Positions 25,641 through 34,740 of a stretch of DNA of 43,176 nt are shown in pieces (within the stretch, counting starts at the first letter, position 1; each line of letters starts with the position of its first letter). The position numbers were made by a program, and so were the translations under genes. This DNA is from Acidobacteriaceae bacterium. Lineage in GTDB: Bacteria; Acidobacteriota; Terriglobia; Terriglobales; Acidobacteriaceae. The notes under the pieces are model-generated. The model was not told the DNA's origin. It saw only the letters and a list, made by a program, of their open reading frames with translations, and ran no database searches. Where the stretch lies: the NCBI GenBank assembly GCA_039934875.1, contig JBDTLH010000194.1:1-43176 (forward strand), written 5' to 3'.

Positions 25641-27260
25641 CTATCTGGGATGGGGTCTTCCCGCGCTGGGTGGTGCGCTCGCGTGACCGCCGCCGCCGAA
25701 TCCACCGCCACCACCGAATCCACGGCCACCCATCGATGAAGAGGGAGCAGACATTCTGGGCATGGGAGCGGGCATTGCGCGTGGGGCGGGTTCAGACATT
25801 CGCGTAGAGGGAGCCGGCATTGGGCGGAGCGCAGGTTCAGAGATACGCGGCGTAGGCGCAGGTTCAGACGTCCTGGGGGAGGTTCGCGGCGTCATTCCCG
25901 TCGCGGCGGCAGACGGAGCGGGATACGCTTCCATCCTGCGGCTGGAAACGCTGCCCCGCTCTTCTTCCCGTCTCCGGTTCGCGTTGTTGGCATTGATATT
26001 GATATCGGGCGAGAGCGAGCGGTTCCCTTCAACAGGATTGTCAAGAGCTCGCACCGGGCGGCTGCCGATTGCGATGGAGTTGACAGCGTCTCCGCGGAAT
26101 GACTGGGGATCAAGCTGGCGGCCGTTCTTTAGCGCGGGATTGCGCCAGGGGACGCTCGGTCCTCTGCCGACCGAGACCAGCGTGGCTGCCCCCCCGGCGA
26201 CAGGGTGTGAGGGCGGCCGGGGAACCAGGCCATTGCCAACCGGGAGCACGCCAGTGCCGTGTCCGCCGCCAGGGGGAATGGCGCCGCCATTGGCGTTGAT
26301 TACTGGTGAGGCATTTTGCCATCCGTGCCAATGGTTGGGACGATGCCAGCACCAGCCGCGTCCGTTGATAAATATCCAATTGCCGTAGTGATAGGGCAGA
26401 AATCCCCACGGATACGCGGAGACCCATTGCCAGCCATAACTAGGGTAAAAAGCCCAGGAGCCGTCGGCGTACGGGCTCCATCCCGCCCCCGCATAGTACG
26501 GTTGCCACAGCGTGCCGTAGGAGGAGTTGAAAAAGTCACCATAGTAGCCGAGATCGGGGCCGTAGGAGACAGAGCCAGGAAGGTAATTTGATTCCTGCCG
26601 GGCGATGAGGGTGCGAGCGTCGTCGCGATCTTTGTCCCAGGAATCATAGGGGCCGGTCTCAACGGATTTGGCGAGGAAATAACGGCTGGAGTCCGCGCCA
26701 TCAAGGGAAAGCGTCTCGCCCTTCTTGACTGTGACCTGGCCTTGGGGACCGCCACTGCCATTCATCCGGGCCTCCCCCTTGAAGACGGCAACCGAGAGCT
26801 GCTCGCCTTCACTGTGAATGCGAAGGTGCGTTGACTTTTCCAGCGTGACGGTGCCTCCGCCGCTGAAAATTGCGAAGCTGTTGTCGTCCTTGTGCTTCCA
26901 TTCGACATAGGCGAGGCCATGATCGAGGTTGATGCGGGTGACTTTAACGCCATTGGCGGTGAGGCTAAGGTCTGCGACTGAGATCTGTGTGTCGGGGGTG
27001 AGGCGCAGCGTGCTGCCGCCTTCGAATTCGAGCTCCGCCTCGCCATCGTCGCCGGTGCGGATATGCGATTGATAGACAACCGGCATGTTCAGAATGGCTC
27101 TTTCAAAGCCGTTGCCGGTGGCGCGGTCCATCTCGACGTCTCCGTTCACGTAGCTGAGGCGAACGATGCGCACGTGGGAGTCAGCCCAGGCGGAGGCGGT
27201 CAGAAACATGAGCAGAACTATCCAGACCAGGTGAAGCGCGTGGCGGCAAGTGCGGGGCAT
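25641..27260 (-). CDS. FecR-domain secreted protein with W/Y-rich (DUF6600-like) domain and low-complexity tail
   Basis: 539 aa. Signal peptide. FecR-like N-terminus (VRIVRLSYVNGDVEMDR...HIRTGDDGEAELEF). W/Y-rich block YGWQWVSAYPWGFLPYHYGNWIF. C-terminal SEPAP-type repeats and a GGGGF tail. Confidence 0.65.
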   Translation of the reverse strand: MPRTCRHALHLVWIVLLMFLTASAWADSHVRIVRLSYVNGDVEMDRATGNGFERAILNMPVVYQSHIRTGDDGEAELEFEGGSTLRLTPDTQISVADLSLTANGVKVTRINLDHGLAYVEWKHKDDNSFAIFSGGGTVTLEKSTHLRIHSEGEQLSVAVFKGEARMNGSGGPQGQVTVKKGETLSLDGADSSRYFLAKSVETGPYDSWDKDRDDARTLIARQESNYLPGSVSYGPDLGYYGDFFNSSYGTLWQPYYAGAGWSPYADGSWAFYPSYGWQWVSAYPWGFLPYHYGNWIFINGRGWCWHRPNHWHGWQNASPVINANGGAIPPGGGHGTGVLPVGNGLVPRPPSHPVAGGAATLVSVGRGPSVPWRNPALKNGRQLDPQSFRGDAVNSIAIGSRPVRALDNPVEGNRSLSPDININANNANRRREEERGSVSSRRMEAYPAPSAAATGMTPRTSPRTSEPAPTPRISEPALRPMPAPSTRMSEPAPRAMPAPMPRMSAPSSSMGGRGFGGGGGFGGGGHASAPPSAGRPHPR

Positions 27261-27420
27261 AGGATGGCCCTCCTGAAGGACTATCTAAGGAGACTCTGAA
27301 ACGCCGGTCCCTAAGTCGAATAACCTATTCTCGCGCAAAGCACACGCGAAGAATGGAACACCCAGAGTTTCCCCCAATCATTAGATGATCATTGTAGCCT
27401 CGCGGTGCTCCGAATTACAG

Positions 27421-28038
27421 TCAGGCGTGACTGGCGAGCAAGCCCCGGATGCGCTCTCGAACGGTCTTCAGAATGGTGGGATCCGCGACGAACTCTTCGA
27501 GAAGCGGACGAATGCTCTGGACTTCGGTGGCGCGTCCTGCCTTTGCGTTTTCCGCAAAATCTTTTACGTCAACGTCCAGCGAGAGCTTATCGAAACGGCG
27601 GTCAAAGCGGGCCTTGCGGGCGAACTCCTGAGTGGTAGCAACGGCTTGGAACCAATCGGCGATCCGGCGAATCGCCTGATTTTCGGAGTAGTTGAAGGTA
27701 GCAGAGGTGGTCTTGCCGTCCTGCTCGTAGCTCAAGCGCTTTTCGCCGGTGTCTGCAATCTTATGTTTCTTGTAGGCGAACGCGCCCTCGAAGTAATTGA
27801 GCGATTTTGCCGAGGCGAAGACCTCCGCGGCGCGCGCGGCGTCCACGCGAAACTCGGAATGGAAGGCGTCTTGCGAATCCATCGCAGGCTCGTCGAAGGT
27901 AGCGTCTCCAGAGGGAGTGAGGGTAAGGTGGTATTCCGCGGGACGTGATGCGGGGAGACGGAAGTCGAAGCGGATGGTCTGGGCTGAAGCGGTGCCGACG
28001 GCGAGAAAAAGCAACCACAAAGAACACGAAGGGCGCAC
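27421..28038 (-). CDS. hypothetical secreted protein
   Basis: The ORF is open back to the ATG at 28281, which abuts the ruvC stop. However, the first ~80 codons are Arg-rich and look non-coding. The in-frame GTG at 28038 gives a clean signal peptide, MRPSCSLWLLFLAVGTASA/QT. I recognised no family. Confidence 0.5.
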   Translation of the reverse strand: MRPSCSLWLLFLAVGTASAQTIRFDFRLPASRPAEYHLTLTPSGDATFDEPAMDSQDAFHSEFRVDAARAAEVFASAKSLNYFEGAFAYKKHKIADTGEKRLSYEQDGKTTSATFNYSENQAIRRIADWFQAVATTQEFARKARFDRRFDKLSLDVDVKDFAENAKAGRATEVQSIRPLLEEFVADPTILKTVRERIRGLLASHA

Positions 28039-28281
28039 GAAGAAGAGGAAGGACGGGAAAGACCAGGCGCGGCGGCGGCGGTTACTTCTCGGCGATGCGG
28101 AGATCGCACGCGCTAAAGCTCGAGATAGTGCGCGATCTTCCCTCCACTGAAGTCGGAGATCCAACCAACGCCGAGGAGCCGCGCAAACCCACCGCGAGTT
28201 CTGGTTTTTCCCTGGGTCTTTACTTTGTGGCCCTTCGTGGAACCTCTGTGCCCTCAGTGGTTGCTTTTCGCGCGTCGGCAT

Positions 28282-28788
28282 TTAGCGAGCGGCTCCGGCG
28301 GATTGGCGCAGCAAGGTTGCTGAGGTGTGCAGATGGCAGATGGCAATGGCGAGCGCATCGCAGGCGTCGAAGGGGGTGGGGGCCGAATCCAGGCGCAGCA
28401 GTTTGGTGACCATGAATTGGACCTGCTGTTTGTCTGCGCGGCCGTAGCCAACGACGGAGGACTTGATGGAGAGTGGAGAGTATTCGGCGATGGGGAGTCC
28501 GGCCTGAGAGGCTGCGAGCATGGCGACCCCGCGGACTTGTCCTAGCTTCAGAGCGCTCTTTGGGTTCACGGAATAGAAGACCTCCTCGATGGCGACCTGG
28601 TCGGGAAGATGGGCGGCGATCTGGGCGGTAAGTTCGTGATGCACTTGTTGCAGGCGCTCCCCGGGGCTAAAGGCTTTGACGAGCTTCACGGCGCCGAAGT
28701 GAACGCAGCACAAATCAGACTTGCCGGAGATCTCAACGATGCCGTATCCGGTGTATTCGGTACCGCAGTCTATGCCTAGGACGCGCAT
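28282..28788 (-). CDS. ruvC: crossover junction endodeoxyribonuclease RuvC
   Basis: 168 aa. MRVLGIDCGTEYTGYGIV catalytic Asp motif, plus ...DACDALAIAICH near the C-terminus. Confidence 0.9.
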   Translation of the reverse strand: MRVLGIDCGTEYTGYGIVEISGKSDLCCVHFGAVKLVKAFSPGERLQQVHHELTAQIAAHLPDQVAIEEVFYSVNPKSALKLGQVRGVAMLAASQAGLPIAEYSPLSIKSSVVGYGRADKQQVQFMVTKLLRLDSAPTPFDACDALAIAICHLHTSATLLRQSAGAAR

Positions 28789-28913
28789 GGATTTATTTCA
28801 CCACAGAGGGGGCGGAGGACACAGCGAAAAGATCAGGGGCAGCGATAACCAGTACTTATAACAGTTGCACACTGAAGCACTTTCGCCACATGAGCAGTTA
28901 AGGCCAACGATGT

Positions 28914-29040
28914 TCTGCATTATATCTATTGCTCAAAGCTATATCGCCCTTCCCGCGACAAAATCAGTCGCCCGTGCGGGAGATCAAAAAAGCGCCTATT
29001 TTCTGCCCGTTTTGCGCCCAAAGAGCACGTTTTCGCACCC
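28914..29040 (+). repeat. copy B of the dispersed intergenic repeat
   Basis: TCTGC (28914-28918), CAAAGCTATATCG (28934-28946), CCGCGACAAAATCA, GAGATCAAAAAAGCGC (28980-28995), CGTTTTGCGCCC / CGTTTTCGCACCC (ending at 29040). The 9-nt direct repeat CCCGTGCGG flanks the A/T-run core. Confidence 0.45.
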
Positions 29041-29103
29041 ACTTTGTGTGTTTTTGGAGGGTTCCCGTGCGGCCTTCAGGTTCAGTCTGCTACTTCTTTG
29101 TCC

Positions 29104-29652
29104 TCAGTGGCTTACGGCTTGGCTTGCCTGTGGAATCTCCATCACCGCCGGCTTCTTGAGCAAATCCGTCACACTGGCCGGCAGCTTGTCGGCATTCGCC
29201 AGCAGCAGGCTGATTTGCCACATCTGTTTGTCAGACAAGGAGCTAGTGAACCCCGGCATACCGGTCAAGCGGATCCCGTTCGCCACCTTCCAATAGGTCT
29301 CCCCCGCCGGGTCGTCCGACACTCCCTTGCCCTTCCATAGTTGCGGAGGCTCAGGGTACATCCCCTTTGCAATGAATGACTTACCCTGCCCAATCAACCC
29401 GTGGCACACCGCGCAATGCTGCCGGTAATTGTCCACCGCCGCCATATAATCAGCTTCTACGGGTTGGAACGGAGGCTGTTTAACTCCTTGATTCTTAATG
29501 GCTGAATGCAATCCGACCTTCGCCAACCTCTTCTCAAAGGGCATCGGCTGTGACGAAACCGCAGTGGGCACATGCCCGCTGGCGAAATACCAATACACTG
29601 CGAAGGGCACCAACAGCACTCCGACAATCAAGCCAAGAATAAACTTTCCCAT
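29104..29652 (-). CDS. membrane-anchored mono-heme c-type cytochrome
   Basis: 182 aa. N-terminal TM anchor (FILGLIVGVLLVPFAVYWYF). Single CxxCH (HCAVCHG). Distal Met context (LTGMPGF). Confidence 0.8.
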   Translation of the reverse strand: MGKFILGLIVGVLLVPFAVYWYFASGHVPTAVSSQPMPFEKRLAKVGLHSAIKNQGVKQPPFQPVEADYMAAVDNYRQHCAVCHGLIGQGKSFIAKGMYPEPPQLWKGKGVSDDPAGETYWKVANGIRLTGMPGFTSSLSDKQMWQISLLLANADKLPASVTDLLKKPAVMEIPQASQAVSH

Positions 29653-29757
29653 TCACGCCTTCTTCTACCCAAAGGGCAATTGTATCCACAGACTGGGGAA
29701 TTCACACAATGGAATGCGTAATCCCATCCGCGCTGAATCGAATTCGGCAACATTCAG

Positions 29758-29786
29758 TTGAAATTCCCTCGGTAGGCGCGTATCTT
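29758..29786 (+). promoter_or_regulatory. candidate sigma-70 promoter for hfq (TTGAAA-N17-TATCTT)
   Basis: Direct reading. It is preceded by the inverted repeat CTGAAT-N13-ATTCAG (29733-29757) and lies about 55 nt upstream of the hfq ATG at 29843. Confidence 0.35.
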
Positions 29787-29842
29787 ACTTCGTTCCAACC
29801 AATTAAATGAAATCCCCCCGGTTGGCAGGAGAGATCGGCACC

Positions 29843-30109
29843 ATGGACCAAAAGCCGGCACAGAACATTCAGGACACGTTTCTTAATACCGCCCGCAAAG
29901 ACCGTGTGAACGTAACCATTTATTTATTGAGCGGGATCAAGCTGACGGGACGGATCCGCTCCTTTGACAAGTATTCGGTCATTCTCGACAGTAATAGCCA
30001 GGAACAGCTCATCTTCAAACATGCCATCTCGACCGTGGTCACGGTTCGGGCGGCGGCGCATGCGGCGCATGCCGCCCCAGAAGCTGCGCCGGCAAGCAAT
30101 GAGCATTGA
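29843..30109 (+). CDS. hfq: RNA chaperone Hfq
   Basis: Sm motifs [42 protein letters not shown]...[19 protein letters not shown] lies 10 nt upstream of the ATG at 29843 (the ORF track starts at 29807). Ala/His-rich C-terminal tail. Confidence 0.9.
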   Translation: MDQKPAQNIQDTFLNTARKDRVNVTIYLLSGIKLTGRIRSFDKYSVILDSNSQEQLIFKHAISTVVTVRAAAHAAHAAPEAAPASNEH

Positions 30110-30343
30110 GGGAAATGAGAGGGCCGCATCGCCAGGAAATCTCGCAGCACCATAGAGCCATTCGGCAGTGGGCGCAACTCCCCCGATGCGCGGGAGCGCG
30201 TCTTTCTAGTCGGCGTTGACTTTCGCTCCAGGCGCGGACAGATCAGCAGCACGGCGCAGATTGCGCGCGCCGCCTCTGCGCTGCGCCGCGAACCTGATCA
30301 TGAGGAGAGGTCTGACCTTATAAACGCGCCTCAGAGTTTCAGC

Positions 30344-31546
30344 ATGGAAGACTCCATGCAGGAGTTCCGCGAGCTTGCCATCAGCGCCAATGCAAGGGTC
30401 GTGGGAGAGGTGGTGCAGCACCGCGACAAGCCTGATCCGGCGACCCTGGTGGGAAAGGGCAAACTTGAAGAGGTCCTGCTGGAGGCGGAGCGCGTCCAGG
30501 CAGATGCCATCCTCTTCGACCATGACCTCTCGCCCACGCAGTTGCGCAATATCGGGCGCGATGCGATGCTGCGAGTGCTCGATCGCACGCAATTGATTCT
30601 CGATATCTTTGCCCGGCACGCGCATAGCCGTGAAGGGCAATTGCAGGTTGAACTGGCACAGCTCGAATACACGTTGCCGCGCCTGGCAGGGCGGGGCAGC
30701 CAGATGTCTCAGACCGGCGGCGGCATCGGCACCCGCGGACCGGGGGAGACGCAGCTTGAGACCGACCGCCGCAAGATCGCCGCGCGCATGAAGGTGCTGA
30801 AGCAGCGGCTGGAGGACGTGCGCCGCATCCGCGCGCAGCAGCGCCGGCATCGCGAGTCAGTGCCGCTGCCCACAGTCGCGCTGGTTGGATATACCAACGC
30901 GGGAAAGTCCACGCTCTTCAACCGGCTGACCGACGCCGGAGCGCTCGAATCCGCGCGCATGTTCGCCACCCTCGATCCGACGCTGCGCAGTCTTGCGCTA
31001 CCCTCGAAACGGCCCGCGCTGCTGAGCGATACGGTTGGATTTATTCGCAACCTGCCTCATCCGCTGGTGACCAGCTTCCGCGCGACCCTTGAAGAGGTGC
31101 AGCGCGCCACTCTCATCCTGCACGTGGCCGACGCCAGCAGCCATTACCGCGAGGAGCAGCAGCAACAGGTGGAGAAGGTGCTCGAAGAGCTGGAGGCGCT
31201 GCGCACGCCGCGCCTGCTGGTGGCGAATAAGATCGACTTGCTCTCTCCCGGTGATCGAGAGAAATTATCGAATACGGCGGAGACCATATTCGTCTCCGCT
31301 AAAGACGGTCTGGGTATCGAAGCCCTGCTTGCGCGTCTCGATGAGATGTTGGTGGAAGACCCGATGCGCCGGTGTTTATTGCAAATCCCGGCGACGGATG
31401 GCAAGGCGGTGGCGCGGCTGGAAGCCAAGGCAAAGATCATCGAGCGCACCTACGGAGACGACGGCAGCGCGCTTATACTGGTGGAAGCGCCCTCATCCCT
31501 GCTGCGCGAACTTTCGCAATACATTATGCCGCAGAGACCTCGCTGA
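30344..31546 (+). CDS. hflX: GTPase HflX (annotated from the first canonical start; the true N-terminus probably lies upstream)
   Basis: G1 GYTNAGKST, G3 DTVGF, G4 NKID. HflX N-domain LQVELAQLEYTLPRL. The frame stays open back to 30119 and encodes ERVFLVGVDF upstream of the first ATG/GTG/TTG. Confidence 0.85.
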   Translation: MEDSMQEFRELAISANARVVGEVVQHRDKPDPATLVGKGKLEEVLLEAERVQADAILFDHDLSPTQLRNIGRDAMLRVLDRTQLILDIFARHAHSREGQLQVELAQLEYTLPRLAGRGSQMSQTGGGIGTRGPGETQLETDRRKIAARMKVLKQRLEDVRRIRAQQRRHRESVPLPTVALVGYTNAGKSTLFNRLTDAGALESARMFATLDPTLRSLALPSKRPALLSDTVGFIRNLPHPLVTSFRATLEEVQRATLILHVADASSHYREEQQQQVEKVLEELEALRTPRLLVANKIDLLSPGDREKLSNTAETIFVSAKDGLGIEALLARLDEMLVEDPMRRCLLQIPATDGKAVARLEAKAKIIERTYGDDGSALILVEAPSSLLRELSQYIMPQRPR

Positions 31547-31648
31547 ATTTCACACGGAACTCTGCTCGGAAAGTTTTGCAATTGCGAGAGAAATGCCGAT
31601 GCCTGTGAGGCGCGGAGACACCGGAGCCGGTCGCGGGCGAAACCGCTT

Positions 31649-31657
31649 TGCTATAAT
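31649..31657 (+). promoter_or_regulatory. extended -10 element (TGcTATAAT) upstream of tRNA-Pro
   Basis: Direct reading, 81 nt upstream of the tRNA 5' end. No convincing -35. Confidence 0.3.
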
Positions 31658-31737
31658 CAGACCACTGTGGCAAGCGCGAAAGGCCAGGATGTTGCGTTGT
31701 GGTTTGATATGGACGCCGCGGGTTTCTAACGGTATGT

Positions 31738-31814
<77 letters not shown>

Positions 31815-31871
31815 ATTTGTTATTGGATGGGCTTAAGCGGGCAATCCTTAGCCGCGCATAGGGAGTTTAAG

Positions 31872-31975
31872 GCCCGCGAAGACCTCATAAATAGCCGCGA
31901 AAACCTCATAGAAATCGAGAAAAGAGATCGAAAAACACTCAAATTTTTGCGTTTGCGGGCGAGACAGACGCACCC
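31872..31975 (+). repeat. copy C of the dispersed intergenic repeat, with an internal 22-bp tandem duplication
   Basis: gcccgcgaagacctcataaata (31872-31893) / gccgcgaaaacctcatagaaat (31894-31915), then GAGATCGAAAAACAC (31924-31938), TTTTTGCGTTTGCGGG and ACGCACCC (31968-31975). The motif order parallels copy B. Confidence 0.4.
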
Positions 31976-32300
31976 TTAGAGGCTTAGTCGCATTCTCAGG
32001 TGAATAGCGGGATGCGGATGACTGACTGAGGAGACGACGCCAGGAGACCAGAGGAGGCGGTTTCTTTTCGGCGGGGACACGCCCGACTCTCGGTTGCACA
32101 ACGCCTGTTCATTTACGGACACCCTGCGGCGAAAGCGGACACATAATTCGATTCCCATACGCCTGCGAGTAAGCCTGCGAGATCGGGCAAGCTGCTTTGT
32201 TGCATAGAGTTGCAGTCGCGATTTTTGGGTGGCGCTTTGGCTGTCGGATTGCTCTTCTTTTCACGTTCACCAAACCACACCGTGAAACAGAGGACCAATC

Positions 32301-34643
32301 ATGAGCACCCTGCTGCAGGACCTGCGATTTGCTATTCGCCAGATGCGCCGTTCGCCTGGTTTTTCCTTGACGGCGATTCTGGTGCTGGCGCTCGGTATCG
32401 GCGTAAGCAGCCTTGCTTTCAGCCTCTACAACCTCATCGCGTTGAAATCGATTCCGGTGCGCGATCCCGCGACGCTGGTCAGCATTGAGCGGCGGTCTCC
32501 GGAAAACATCGCGCCCGGCGTACCCTATGCTTCGATCGCCTATTATCGCGATCACGCGAGATCGCTTTCGGCGGTGATGGCGACGATGGACGCGAGCCCC
32601 ATGGAACTGGGCCACAACAGGGATGAACAACGGACCACCCCCAGCTTTGTCAGCTCCAACTACTTCACTGAACTGGGCGCGGCGGCGGCGGCGGGACGCC
32701 TCTTCATGCCCTCGCGCGAGGACGTCTCGGGCTCGGCTCCGGTCGCAGTTCTGAGCTTCCGTTTGTGGCAGAGAAAATTCAACAGCGATCCCGGCGTGAT
32801 TGGCAAGACGGTCTATCTCTCCGGCCGGCCAGCCACGGTGATCGGGGTTGCCTCTCAGGGTTTCGCGAATCTAGGTATAGAGGACCCGGATGTGTGGCTG
32901 CCGTTGGCGCAGCATGATTATTTTGTCGAGGGCAGCAAGTCCATAAGCGACCCCAAGTTCGACGGGATGATCCTGATGTGGGGGCGCCTCGCCCCCGGCT
33001 TTACACCGGCAAGAGCGCAACAAGAGCTGCTTTTGTTAACCAATCAATTACGCAAGCTATACCCGGCGGTGATCTGGGACCATGAACGCATCATGGTCAC
33101 GCCCGGTGCACGTTTTTTCCCGCTGGAGGATGGGGCGCCTGTGGTCGCTCTGGTCTCGCTCATGGTTCTGCTGATTCTCGCGGTTGCCTGCGCCAATCTC
33201 GGCGGGCTGTTGATGGCGCGGGGGGCCGCCCGGCAACAGGAGATCCGGCTGCGGATCGACCTGGGAGCGGGGAAGTCGCGCATCTTTCGCCAACTGCTGA
33301 CGGAGAGCCTGCTGCTGGGGCTGCTCGGCGCAGTGGCAGCGCTACCGCTCAGCTACATGGTGCTTCGGCTGGCGCTGCTGTATGCCGGAGCTCCAGCGTG
33401 GATGAGCGCGTTGCCCGACTGGCGAGTGCTGGTATTTACCGCCGCAATGGGGACCGTGGCAGCGCTCTTCTTCTGCCTATTGCCGATGCTGCAAATGGTT
33501 CGCCGGAAGAAAGAAAGAACACTCTGGCAGCAAGTGGTGGTGTGCGCGCAGGTGGGAGCCAGTTGCGTGCTGCTGATCCTCGCTGGGTTGCTGGTGCGGG
33601 CGACGCTGCATACGCTTTATGCCGACCCGGGGTTCGGCTATGAGCAGGTGCTGTCCATAGACCCGGGCCTGCATGACCACGGGTTCACGTCCTCCAGCGC
33701 GCGAAGCTATCTCGATCAGTTCGAGGACCGGCTGCGGGCAACGCCGGGAGTGGTCTCCGTCTCTGTGGCCTTGAGTCCTCCGCTGCTGACCGCGAACGTG
33801 ATGATTACCAGTGTTAACGTCGCCGGCCGCAGGATTTTGATCTACCCCAACTGGGTGGGCGCGGAGTTCTTTGAGACCATGGGCATCCCTTTGCTGCGCG
33901 GCCGCTTTTTCACGCCCGGAGAGAGCCATGCGGTGATCGTCAGCGAATCGCTGGCCCGCAAGCGCTGGCCGGCGGAAGACCCCATCGGCAAGCAGTGGAA
34001 AGGGGGCAAGGACATCGTCGTGGGGGTGGTGGGCAACACCCGGGCGATGGAGCTCAACAATACGGATGCGACCGAGATCTATTACCCAGCCTCAGCCGAA
34101 CGTCTCCCTGGGATGTCGCTTCTGGTGAGGACAGCCGGCGCTCCTAATGGGCTGACGCCAACCATCAAACTCATTGCCAGCGGGATTGACCCCAGGCTCT
34201 TGCCTTCCATTACTCCGCTCAAAGCCGGTTTTCGCAAGAACGTCGCCCAGGTGGAGCAGATCGCGACGATCATCAGCCTGCTGGGCGGCATAGCGATTTT
34301 TCTCGCGGTGGTTGGCCTGCTCGGACTTGTGAGCTACGCGGTAGCGCAGCGGACCAAAGAGATCGCGATACGGCTGGCGGTTGGGGCCAGCCGGGCGGAG
34401 ATTTTTTCCTCTGTGCTGCGCCGGTTCGCGTGGCCAGTCGTGATCGGATTGACCAGCGGAGTAGCCATGACCGCCGGTCTCTCGCAGGTAATTCGTCGCG
34501 GACTTTACGGTATCAGTGGTCTGGATCCGATCAGCTATGTGGGCGCGATGGGGTTGCTGGTTGCGGTGCTGCTCACATCCGCTCTGCTACCCATGCGGCG
34601 CGCGCTGAGGCTGGACATAGCGAAGATTCTGCATTCCGAGTGA
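32301..34643 (+). CDS. ADOP family duplicated FtsX/MacB-like ABC permease (orphan)
   Basis: 780 aa. Hallmark N-terminus LLQDLRFAIRQMRRSPGFSLTAILVLALGIG. Two MacB-PCD/FtsX units. No ABC ATPase gene is adjacent. Confidence 0.85.
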   Translation: MSTLLQDLRFAIRQMRRSPGFSLTAILVLALGIGVSSLAFSLYNLIALKSIPVRDPATLVSIERRSPENIAPGVPYASIAYYRDHARSLSAVMATMDASPMELGHNRDEQRTTPSFVSSNYFTELGAAAAAGRLFMPSREDVSGSAPVAVLSFRLWQRKFNSDPGVIGKTVYLSGRPATVIGVASQGFANLGIEDPDVWLPLAQHDYFVEGSKSISDPKFDGMILMWGRLAPGFTPARAQQELLLLTNQLRKLYPAVIWDHERIMVTPGARFFPLEDGAPVVALVSLMVLLILAVACANLGGLLMARGAARQQEIRLRIDLGAGKSRIFRQLLTESLLLGLLGAVAALPLSYMVLRLALLYAGAPAWMSALPDWRVLVFTAAMGTVAALFFCLLPMLQMVRRKKERTLWQQVVVCAQVGASCVLLILAGLLVRATLHTLYADPGFGYEQVLSIDPGLHDHGFTSSSARSYLDQFEDRLRATPGVVSVSVALSPPLLTANVMITSVNVAGRRILIYPNWVGAEFFETMGIPLLRGRFFTPGESHAVIVSESLARKRWPAEDPIGKQWKGGKDIVVGVVGNTRAMELNNTDATEIYYPASAERLPGMSLLVRTAGAPNGLTPTIKLIASGIDPRLLPSITPLKAGFRKNVAQVEQIATIISLLGGIAIFLAVVGLLGLVSYAVAQRTKEIAIRLAVGASRAEIFSSVLRRFAWPVVIGLTSGVAMTAGLSQVIRRGLYGISGLDPISYVGAMGLLVAVLLTSALLPMRRALRLDIAKILHSE

Positions 34644-34740
34644 ACTGAACAGGGAGAGCGGTCGCTCCGGGTTCGATTCGATACGGCGGCAGTTTGCGAT
34701 GCGACCGGCCGATGGCGATTTCGCGATACACTGGTGCGCG

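Noticed and set aside
28039-28281. N-terminal ~80-codon extension of the 27421 ORF, back to the ATG at 28281.
   Set aside because: The extension is Arg-rich and non-protein-like, and would bury an otherwise perfect signal peptide that begins at the GTG at 28038. It is most likely ruvC-downstream non-coding sequence that happens to be open.
31848-32630. ORFs 31848-32099(-), 31976-32158(-) and 32109-32630(-) downstream of tRNA-Pro.
   Set aside because: They are short or overlap the well-supported ADOP permease start. They have Arg-rich or odd composition and no motifs.
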